Part shown: positions 45,901-51,033 of the stretch, in pieces
Numbering within the stretch: the first letter of the stretch is position 1
Layout of the letters: every line of letters begins with the position of its first letter
DNA from: a virus
Length of the DNA: 64,000 nt
Strand: one strand, 5' to 3'
IMG/VR virus record: IMGVR_UViG_3300045988_066341
The notes under the pieces: generated by a model
Told to the model about the DNA's origin: nothing
Seen by the model: only the letters and a program-made list of their open reading frames with translations
Databases searched by the model: none
Program-made: the position numbers and the translations under genes

Positions 45901-47195
45901 TCGGCAAAGGTAGCCATAAACTCCTCGGCGGCTATAATCTGATTGCCATATCGGTCTAAATAAGACCGCTGGTCAGCCTCGTCCATCGAATCGAATATCT
46001 TCCTCATCGTATCATCAAAACGATTACCAAGAAGATCTCTAAGCCCTTTATGCGCAACTACCTCATGCAAGATAGTTCTCTCCAAATCCTGCTCATCCTC
46101 TATATTGTCAGCTACGATAGTGATGGTATCGGTATCCGTGTCATACCATCCCTTGCTCTTGGACATCATATCGGCGTAATCATGATCACTTACCTCACTT
46201 CTTATATCGTCAATCGAAACGATATTCACCGTAGTACCTAATTTAGCGAGACCAGATACTTTCTCCGACATACCGGCCTTTACCTCGCTTACGTCCCTGA
46301 ATCTCAAATCCCCAGGTCTCTTCCTTGTCACGACGACGGCCGTCATGCCAGACGCCATTCCGCTGTTGCCGGGATTCGCAGTCTCCACCTCGAACATACC
46401 CCCAAGCTCACGCTCGACATATTCTTTAAGCGACGACCTCGTGAACCCTTTTTGATAGGCCCTGATATTCCCCTTTGAATCAGTGACAAGTATCTCCGAC
46501 GGATCGTCAAGCTCTATTTTCTGCTTTTGTGCGGACACGCCCTTAGCGTCACGGACATTTATGAACAACTTGCCTCCGACCTTCAATTTGTCAGCCATTG
46601 ATTTAAGTACGTCGGATCTCCAATCATCAGGGATCACGTTCAATACAGCGTTGCTGATTATGTAATCATACTTCTTGTCTATATCCTCGTACCTCAAATA
46701 CGTGGGAGGGACCCTTTTGGATGACGGGTAAGGCTCGACATCATCGACATCCATCCCCATATCACGTAACGCCCGCGTGCCAACGCCAAGACCTGACGAG
46801 GCGTCCAATATAGATTTACCCTCCATACCTTCGTTGGATATAAAATCACCGATCCTCTTATACGTGTTCACGGTAGACGTGATCTGCGTGGAATGCTGAC
46901 CGGTAGAAGTGGTCTGGCCGCTAAGCCACGTGGGATATTCCTCGAACAGCCGTGACGACGTCCTAAACCTAAGGGATGACCTTAATCCCTCTTTCTTGGC
47001 GTTAGACACCCAATCCCCGAACCTGGACCTGAACTTATCGTTATACGTGGCCATATAAGCCTCGGCGGCCTTATCAAGGTCACTCACGGCGGCTATACCC
47101 GATATCTTATCGAACAAGGTAGATACCTCGCCGGAAGGGGTCAAGACACGGGTTATCTTACCCTCCTTATTCCTTTTAATTACGCAACTCGACAT
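39951..47195 (-). CDS. 2,414-aa multidomain (polyvalent-type) late protein with embedded class I SAM-methyltransferase fold
   Basis: Uninterrupted ORF. The start is set at ATG 47195 (MSSCVIKRNKEG), 16 nt downstream of a -7 box. The methyltransferase motifs are ILDASSGLGVG, DVDDVEP, DYIISNAVLNVI and LKVGGKLFINV. Hydrophobic helices lie near the C-terminus. Confidence 0.9.
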   Translation of the reverse strand: MSSCVIKRNKEGKITRVLTPSGEVSTLFDKISGIAAVSDLDKAAEAYMATYNDKFRSRFGDWVSNAKKEGLRSSLRFRTSSRLFEEYPTWLSGQTTSTGQHSTQITSTVNTYKRIGDFISNEGMEGKSILDASSGLGVGTRALRDMGMDVDDVEPYPSSKRVPPTYLRYEDIDKKYDYIISNAVLNVIPDDWRSDVLKSMADKLKVGGKLFINVRDAKGVSAQKQKIELDDPSEILVTDSKGNIRAYQKGFTRSSLKEYVERELGGMFEVETANPGNSGMASGMTAVVVTRKRPGDLRFRDVSEVKAGMSEKVSGLAKLGTTVNIVSIDDIRSEVSDHDYADMMSKSKGWYDTDTDTITIVADNIEDEQDLERTILHEVVAHKGLRDLLGNRFDDTMRKIFDSMDEADQRSYLDRYGNQIIAAEEFMATFAESNPDSSLWDKIVSFIRDALRSMGLDIKMNDTDMRTLLTRSRDRLSEVDKELSKPMNQINNLLAYDSGEPRLFFRSDDGKIHDSYANVIKGSSGGRIEAGFLAGSVEESDVPSGTADISFGSSSITLNNSESFIPVLGISSGSNISTRGGFVNYLIKKGLLSGERIRLGDRYYLTGAGNSDGLKIYNAMDALSRLRNRFGSMSSEMNVLGSIGFDTEVNNDLDLITTSGEKVTVSRSEIKGMLRQGKFEELNNKYDGFMELALSLMMEDNALYGSNVRGVIENEKAEDLQNRTDITNILSTLGIRVMGMSEYMDKYKMRNGVEPSARALSDMANGVIALAEGATVEDLNEEVAHFLIDTYRNQQEIDEVLDSVVDTPLWNQFAGRYYEVYGKEYQGEELDRMVKREILGKTLAQRFVPGMEQAVEDLASSEDAQLSLFGRMVRAIRNFFSSQRSDLNKVLDRIKESALADDPSAFDVLLLKDSDHLMYSLSDIDVANKLIKNGRSLERLYTRLQRMRSSQSQRIGESISLLRDIGEKVRQVGGELNKNNNLLSTKSVIATAKAEVEYLVTVASSLRKSGKGLDYETIQVIDNVYGEIVPLIRNLRGFVNNQAADYYGNNKVGMVEDMDDILRMAETSMSDINALRSDRNEDWLDGQLRMFNIPERYWNGIKKLIDNIHKDINVMSRFFGTLEHSGNAILGMLGQRLAKAYNDAHVEGVANINKMTKMMKERGWGIKDNEDLIQKINGKNSDYLDSSRDFAKYDLLYRTEQAKAIIDIYDLKKVTGKTEKQLVDMLLSDKGLKVKTRDDIIGYDGDKPITKEVSHIFKPSIQNFDISAMTFEDQQRYLDAINRWLDENREKPMVQAYYDKIENVNKKVEERLGRRVSQATSDFMSRIRRSRYVAMDKFVKDGKVDWSAFQSDPIAWRSYLDILRDRAIAKSEWYSDGTPKEEGSEALMMSEEIKAWDEAWAEEFGNTNEGRKASAEFKEILRGIERSEGGKAAFEFLLAGGHLGFSKDMWGSEEGDYYENLVDKITEQSVSSSRIEKVEEAMATINEINDQLRPLLIQYRDSTRYGEYDFDRLRGSASLRKINELYDRLAEAKSVINAAASAEAIEMDMPDTVESGVTDSYRNALRDAMVYDKGMDEIKFAKGHMSARSRSQVDRMAAKLSRKNPSWTTVEVSFLRRKYGPDFNNKLANDIAMGKADKILVEYARTRLYPYMRRYSPKGYSGFVRKINNGTYKVSEFFDAIENGISKEESVSRFGFDINMIDLTINNQWLDEADAESSFRNPNYNPDLGYGYHTPRFDKYKNEAFFKKYGITNEGEEATINKDKWEMRKELLNISRKAMEDYDERFRNIYQIPQISKGGVERMVQAGVDPKAAIGNAVRDIVGERVDDPIHGQGQDLGGLDENDNKYRMIPKYYLSKLENADDVSHDFAYSYSMLSLQATSYKYKRAALDDVMGYRNMMLETQYDGGKNPEATHAYRMFQDWVNASIYDVRINNKRAEWNIGNYKVDLNKLALMFTKFVSRSNLGFSPFVAATGALTGQANFLLEGMVGQYISKDSMKYAYGEAQKQLSTYVSEIGDINRTNKLYVVGEALGVFNVRNRVRSAAYNKIWRTLFRDLPFKMMEVLNSPLDPQVIISVMDDTRLYEGQFWSYSNFKEMMMKDRNMSANEAKRDWERLRDYSMWNMVDVKDGKIVAKNEANKDIIDRYIPTLSSRVRSMVQICDGALNEQNRVGASRNAILNMVLPHRGWFILAVQRAYKKAGFNFQTNQFEEGYMRTLWRLAGNVYGSMSEGRMGEAYDVLKEEYDKLTPYEQINIKRSIINMAVFATMMAIGRALMGYREDNEDSWFGQFITYIGFRTINEIASQASPFMELNAIDMLQDPLVTARKLGDLTDPRNWDPFATVQTGVYKGESKLWRQLMKFSFGKQWYNIKTARDIKQTSDYWLMTNGMTMGFFLGGRNKDESGEDANWYFDRGR
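46323..46865 (-). other. SAM-dependent methyltransferase-like domain inside the giant ORF (track residues ~125-305)
   Basis: Motif I LDxxxGxG with downstream acidic residues and motif II/III-like strands. No DPPY-type motif was seen, so the substrate is unknown. Confidence 0.65.
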
Positions 47196-47211
47196 AACTT
47201 CATGTTTTTGA

Positions 47212-47219
47212 CAAAGATA
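47212..47219 (-). promoter_or_regulatory. -7 box TATCTTTG for the 2,414-aa gene
   Basis: Reverse complement of caaagata. It is followed by TCAAAAAC and lies 16 nt from ATG 47195. Confidence 0.6.
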
Positions 47220-47220
47220 A

Positions 47221-47250
47221 ACAAAAAGCCCCCACAAAAGAGCGGGGGCT
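47221..47250 (-). terminator. intrinsic terminator AGCCCCC-n10-GGGGGCT + UUUUUGUUU
   Basis: 7-bp GC stem (47227-47250) followed on the minus strand by a T-run. It lies directly after the DUF2829-like gene. Confidence 0.7.
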
Positions 47251-47273
47251 AATATCCAAACGCGAGAAGATGA

Positions 47274-47597
47274 TCATAATATCATCCAATCGGTAGCCAG
47301 CATATCAGTCTGAGATGCTAACCAGCCATTTACGATAGTATCATCAGCGGCTTTCATACACAAATAAGCCGTGAACTTGATCTTGTCCGTTTCCGAGTCA
47401 CCATAATTATTAGCAACCCATTTCTTTACTGCATCAGGTAAGGATTTAACCTTATTCACGACCATGTCTGTAGACAAACAGTCTTCAGGACGCTGAAAAA
47501 TAAACATCCCTTTTCCATTCCATCCCTCACGGCAAGCCAACTCTCCTTTCTTCACAGCCTCAATAGCCTCTCCAAATGTCAATCCTTTATCATTCAT
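47274..47597 (-). CDS. DUF2829-family protein (Tad2-like candidate)
   Basis: [34 protein letters not shown] ... [18 protein letters not shown] fits the DUF2829 N- and C-terminal signatures. The start is set at ATG 47597, 22 nt after the -7 box. Confidence 0.7.
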   Translation of the reverse strand: MNDKGLTFGEAIEAVKKGELACREGWNGKGMFIFQRPEDCLSTDMVVNKVKSLPDAVKKWVANNYGDSETDKIKFTAYLCMKAADDTIVNGWLASQTDMLATDWMIL

Positions 47598-47619
47598 GAT
47601 TGTAATTATTTTAATTAAA

Positions 47620-47627
47620 CAAATATA
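47620..47627 (-). promoter_or_regulatory. -7 box TATATTTG in the 44-nt spacer before the DUF2829-like gene
   Basis: Reverse complement of caaatata. Confidence 0.45.
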
Positions 47628-47641
47628 GGTAAAAATAATCA

Positions 47642-48415
47642 TTATTCTTCAACTTTCCCTAACACGACATCCGATATACATCTGGCACACCATCCTACCA
47701 TATAAGCTATAGGCTCTTGATTGTCAGCATGAAACTTGATCCCTAACTCGCTAAGAATATCCATAGAGACATGAAACGCCTCGTGAGAGATCATAGACGG
47801 ATCAACATCCTTGTCATCTATCCACACGACAACCAGTTCCCCGTATTTACCGGTATCCTTAAATCTCACCATAGGGAAAGTAGTCATGGATGGCTCCGAT
47901 CCCACCTCCATCTCAATCTCAATCTCAGAGTCATCCCTTGTCGTAAACCTGTCTATAACATCCTTTGGCTCGCACCCTTTCATCACGAACAAGCTCCTCG
48001 GATATATCTTAGGATCAAACTCATATACTATTTTATCCATTTTCTTTTCACCATTCTTTCTAATATTATGTTTCCCAAAAATAGGATCACGTGGATCCTT
48101 TTTTGGATTATAACTAAACACCTTATCAGTTAATTCTTTAAGTTGATTATTCATCTCCATAAGTCTTATAAAACGATCATTCGTATATGCCTTAAACTCA
48201 TAAACAGGCAACCCGGAAGAGCTGGATATCTCAGCGGAAGGGGATACGACTATAAAATCCCCATCATTAATAATTATGTGCTTATTATCACGCTCCACGG
48301 AATAATATCCATTTCTTTCTGTAACAGATATACCAAAACGTTCTATAGCCTTATTGATATTCACAATATCATATGAATGAAATTTGAATACCTCCGTATT
48401 TAAAGAATATATCAT
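47642..48415 (-). CDS. protein with C-terminal HExxH zincin-like motif (257 aa)
   Basis: HEAFH is encoded at 47771-47785 and is followed by ...IKFHADNQE. The N-terminal half is unassigned. Confidence 0.6.
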   Translation of the reverse strand: MIYSLNTEVFKFHSYDIVNINKAIERFGISVTERNGYYSVERDNKHIIINDGDFIVVSPSAEISSSSGLPVYEFKAYTNDRFIRLMEMNNQLKELTDKVFSYNPKKDPRDPIFGKHNIRKNGEKKMDKIVYEFDPKIYPRSLFVMKGCEPKDVIDRFTTRDDSEIEIEMEVGSEPSMTTFPMVRFKDTGKYGELVVVWIDDKDVDPSMISHEAFHVSMDILSELGIKFHADNQEPIAYMVGWCARCISDVVLGKVEE

Positions 48416-48690
48416 AACTCTCTTAATTTCCCTATAACCTCAAAACACATCTTACACTCAATCCTACGATACAACTGCCTTACGCCATCTATCGTAGTCC
48501 AATAACGACCACCCTCACGGTGTAGGAACTCGCTCATAACTTTAGTGTCAGCCACATCATGTAAATCATATGAACTGAAACATAACTTACATATATCGTC
48601 AAGATCAAAATAAGTAACCTTATTATACGATATACAACGGATTTGTCCTCCATCAGGAATCTGAACATCGAAAACATCTATCTTCTCCAT
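48412..48690 (-). CDS. hypothetical protein (92 aa), possibly Bro-N/KilA-N-like
   Basis: First gene of the cassette, ATGA-coupled to the next gene. The ...KVTYFDLDDICKL... pattern is only suggestive. Confidence 0.5.
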   Translation of the reverse strand: MEKIDVFDVQIPDGGQIRCISYNKVTYFDLDDICKLCFSSYDLHDVADTKVMSEFLHREGGRYWTTIDGVRQLYRRIECKMCFEVIGKLREL

Positions 48691-48780
48691 ATTAAAAATA
48701 GAGGGATACCGATCCCATCACAGACCTGTATCCCCTTATAATAAATTAGCGACGAAAAGCATGGTGATGGACATGCGCCA
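48691..48780 (-). promoter_or_regulatory. structured 5' leader (hairpin 1 with loop UCCAUCAC; terminator-like hairpin 2 with loop containing GUGAUGG)
   Basis: Hairpin 1 lies at 48759-48776 and hairpin 2 at 48703-48734. UCUAUUUUUAAU then runs directly into AUG 48690. Confidence 0.6.
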
Positions 48781-48811
48781 CAAATGTAATTACAAAATTC
48801 GTAAAAACAAA
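48781..48811 (-). promoter_or_regulatory. promoter: -33 TTTG (48808-48811), 19-nt spacer, -7 TACATTTG (48781-48788)
   Basis: Matches the Bacteroides consensus in both sequence and spacing. Confidence 0.65.
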
Positions 48812-48814
48812 ATA

Positions 48815-49132
48815 TCAAGGGCAATCACCCGTGCATTCGCATGGAGCATCGCTTTTCAAAACCCCATATACCCGATTGTCGCTAGTCAGCCATCGTTTGC
48901 CGTCGCTCGTGATATAAGCCTGCCGGCATCCCTCCTGATTCACCGTGAGCGTCTTCTTAACACCTTTTGGAGTTGTTATCTCCAGCTCAAGAGTCCGATC
49001 AAGACCGTTGTTCATCACCGAGCCAAAGGAAACGGGGGCGCTTCCGGCCCCGGACCCCGGACTGACGGTAAGAGGCTGGTCCGTTACCTCGCCTACCCCG
49101 TCCTTCCAATTAATATTCAAATCATTAGCCAT
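48815..49132 (-). CDS. Ig/BACON-like small protein (105 aa)
   Basis: LTVSPGSGAGSAPVSFGSVMNNGLDRTLELEITTPKGVKKTLTVNQEG resembles the distal half of BACON-type beta-sandwich domains. Confidence 0.55.
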   Translation of the reverse strand: MANDLNINWKDGVGEVTDQPLTVSPGSGAGSAPVSFGSVMNNGLDRTLELEITTPKGVKKTLTVNQEGCRQAYITSDGKRWLTSDNRVYGVLKSDAPCECTGDCP

Positions 49133-49156
49133 AGTTGTATTATTTTTGTTCTATTG

Positions 49157-49164
49157 CAAAGATA
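49157..49164 (-). promoter_or_regulatory. -7 box TATCTTTG for the 105-aa gene
   Basis: Reverse complement of caaagata, 24 nt before ATG 49132. Confidence 0.55.
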
Positions 49165-49166
49165 GC

Positions 49167-49205
49167 AAAACAAATAAACCCCAACCGGCTTTAGTCGATC
49201 GGGGT
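49167..49205 (-). terminator. hairpin ACCCC...GGGGT followed by UUAUUUGUUUUG
   Basis: Imperfect stem at 49178-49205, followed by a T-rich run on the minus strand. Confidence 0.4.
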
Positions 49206-49228
49206 CTGAGTAAGCGAAAAGAAACTGA

Positions 49229-49888
49229 TTATCGTCCCATCATTCTCAATACGGTTCTAGCCGCAGCTTGCGCCCATGTCCAGCTGTCATTAGATGTTAC
49301 GTTAACCGTCTGTTGAGTACCATTTACATCCAAGTTAATAGTCTCCTTGTCAAGCTCGATAGTAGAGTCCCCAGCGGCTTGCGTTACCGTCACGTTAGCT
49401 GTCTGGCCACCAGCGGCAGTTACTTTCAATGTAGCTGTCAGTTCCTCGATCGTGACGTTGGCCGGTACGTCCGAGATCGTGATGCTCCAAACGAACTCGC
49501 CAGCGGCTCCGGGATCGTCGGCGATAATCGCTCCGTTAGCCGTAGTCTTTCCAGCCGCCGTGTAGTTAGCAGGGAGTCGTAACGTAAGCCCGTTCTCCTC
49601 AGCCGGCGTGACCGCGAACGTAAGCTTAGTACTGTTAGACTTACCGGTGATGGTAACATTACCACCTGTCTTTTGTACGGAAGCGTTAGGGCTGTCTGAT
49701 CTTACCACCTCAGCAGCCGCTGCCTGATTAACTACCAACGCCTTCTTAGCCCCGCCGTTCGTGGTGACCGTAAGGTTGATAGTGCGTTGAAGACGACCGG
49801 TGTGTTTATCACCGGAGAAATTAACCGCCTGATCTCCTGATCCTGATACCGGGTCTACGGTTACGAAACCGAATTTTTGTGATGCCAT
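49229..49888 (-). CDS. Ig/BACON-like repeat protein (219 aa), probable virion surface or decoration protein
   Basis: N-terminal VDPVSGSGDQAVNFSGDKHTGRLQRTINLTVTTNGGAKKALVVNQ parallels the 105-aa protein. C-terminal ...VNVTSNDSWTW. Ala/Thr/Val-rich beta-type composition. Confidence 0.6.
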   Translation of the reverse strand: MASQKFGFVTVDPVSGSGDQAVNFSGDKHTGRLQRTINLTVTTNGGAKKALVVNQAAAAEVVRSDSPNASVQKTGGNVTITGKSNSTKLTFAVTPAEENGLTLRLPANYTAAGKTTANGAIIADDPGAAGEFVWSITISDVPANVTIEELTATLKVTAAGGQTANVTVTQAAGDSTIELDKETINLDVNGTQQTVNVTSNDSWTWAQAAARTVLRMMGR

Positions 49889-49923
49889 ACTTAAATATAT
49901 TTATAAATGTCCTTTTATTATGC

Positions 49924-49931
49924 CAAAAATA
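49924..49931 (-). promoter_or_regulatory. -7 box TATTTTTG for the 219-aa gene
   Basis: Reverse complement of caaaaata. A TTTA element lies 19 nt upstream, 4 nt after the C9 tract. Confidence 0.5.
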
Positions 49932-49958
49932 ACTTATATAATGTTAGCCATAAAATAT

Positions 49959-49967
49959 GGGGGGGGG
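49959..49967 (-). repeat. C9 (plus-strand G9) homopolymer just upstream of the promoter
   Basis: Counted directly: atatGGGGGGGGGatagata. Confidence 0.95.
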
Positions 49968-49983
49968 ATAGATAGCACTACGA

Positions 49984-51027
49984 CTACACCCGCTCCACGT
50001 ACAGACCTATTAAATCCTGTAGATTATGGCTGAGAGGAGTTCCGCTATCCCTAGTACACTTATACACATCAGCGTTCTGGATGTAATATTTATCCTTGAA
50101 TATCTCCATTGGAGGGAAATACGGGATAGGATCCCCTATGGTCCCGGCATGCTCCTTATCAATGACCTTGTATAAGGAAGCCGTATTTAGTCCGGGTTCC
50201 CATTCCTTTGATAATGTATGTTGTTGAATAACCTCATAAAGGATATCCGTATCGTCCTTCACCACCCTGAGACAGAATCCGGCATCCACCGACAACCCGA
50301 ACTCCGCCCCTTCTTGTCCCCATATAGGGAATAGGACCTTAACATCCAATTTATCGTTAGAGGATAAGGATAAGTCTTTATTATTAACCACCATTCTAGA
50401 AAATTTTACAGCCACCTTCTGAGGATCAGAGGCGTCCTTCTCCTTCGCCTGTTGCTGGACGTATGCTGTGGTGACACTTATCTTGTCTGGATATCCGGAT
50501 TGGACATCAATAGCCCTTACCTGCTCTACGGTAGTGGCTAGATTGATCTGCTTTTGCTTGTCCCCTAACGCCGACATAAGATCATTATCATACTTATCCA
50601 TCATCCCGATCAAGATCTTGCCTTCCGTTATATCGAATTCCAGACCCATGATCGTTATCTTGCCAGCTATAGCCCCATCAGGCAAGGCGTTACGTCTATC
50701 ATGTTCAGGAATATAGATATTCTGATCATCCAAGAAGAACTCATATAGATTTCCGGTCTCATAAGTTCTTATCTCCTCGTATTTAACTGATTTCTCCTCA
50801 TTAAGAAGCCTTGACTCATCCAGCTTAGCCTCGATAATCTCCTTGACAGTAGCTTTAGGATTAGCCTCCTTGAACGCCAGTTGCTCCTCCACAAGCTCTA
50901 TCCATGGGGCGGGAATACCTTTGGAGTAATCATCATAACTATAGCCCTTGGCGTAATTATCGTCAAGAGGCTCATCTTGAACCAACATCTTGGGATATAT
51001 CTCCCTGTTTATATATGTAAAACTCAT
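49984..51027 (-). CDS. tail-fibre-associated protein (347 aa) with C-terminal carbohydrate-binding-like motif
   Basis: Lies 6 nt downstream of the tail fibre gene. ...LYEVIQQHTLSKEWEPGLNTASLYKVI... and ...DVYKCTRDSG... resemble the motif pair seen at the C-termini of many phage fibre accessory proteins. Confidence 0.55.
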   Translation of the reverse strand: MSFTYINREIYPKMLVQDEPLDDNYAKGYSYDDYSKGIPAPWIELVEEQLAFKEANPKATVKEIIEAKLDESRLLNEEKSVKYEEIRTYETGNLYEFFLDDQNIYIPEHDRRNALPDGAIAGKITIMGLEFDITEGKILIGMMDKYDNDLMSALGDKQKQINLATTVEQVRAIDVQSGYPDKISVTTAYVQQQAKEKDASDPQKVAVKFSRMVVNNKDLSLSSNDKLDVKVLFPIWGQEGAEFGLSVDAGFCLRVVKDDTDILYEVIQQHTLSKEWEPGLNTASLYKVIDKEHAGTIGDPIPYFPPMEIFKDKYYIQNADVYKCTRDSGTPLSHNLQDLIGLYVERV

Positions 51028-51033
51028 AGCTTA

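Noticed and set aside
46050-46070. LHEVVAHKG in the giant protein as a zincin HExxH metallopeptidase site.
   Set aside because: The spacing is HEx3H (H-E-V-V-A-H), not HExxH, so a metallopeptidase call is not justified. The canonical HEAFH occurs only in the 257-aa protein.
40087-46665. About 18 plus-strand or alternative-frame ORFs of 60-208 aa inside the giant gene, including 41691..42317.
   Set aside because: All are embedded in a single uninterrupted 7.2-kb minus-strand ORF. They have no independent signals.
39951-47237. The giant ORF as a crAss-like or N4-like virion RNA polymerase.
   Set aside because: I saw no DxDGD/NADFDGD-type catalytic motif or other polymerase signature. The only recognisable fold is a SAM methyltransferase.
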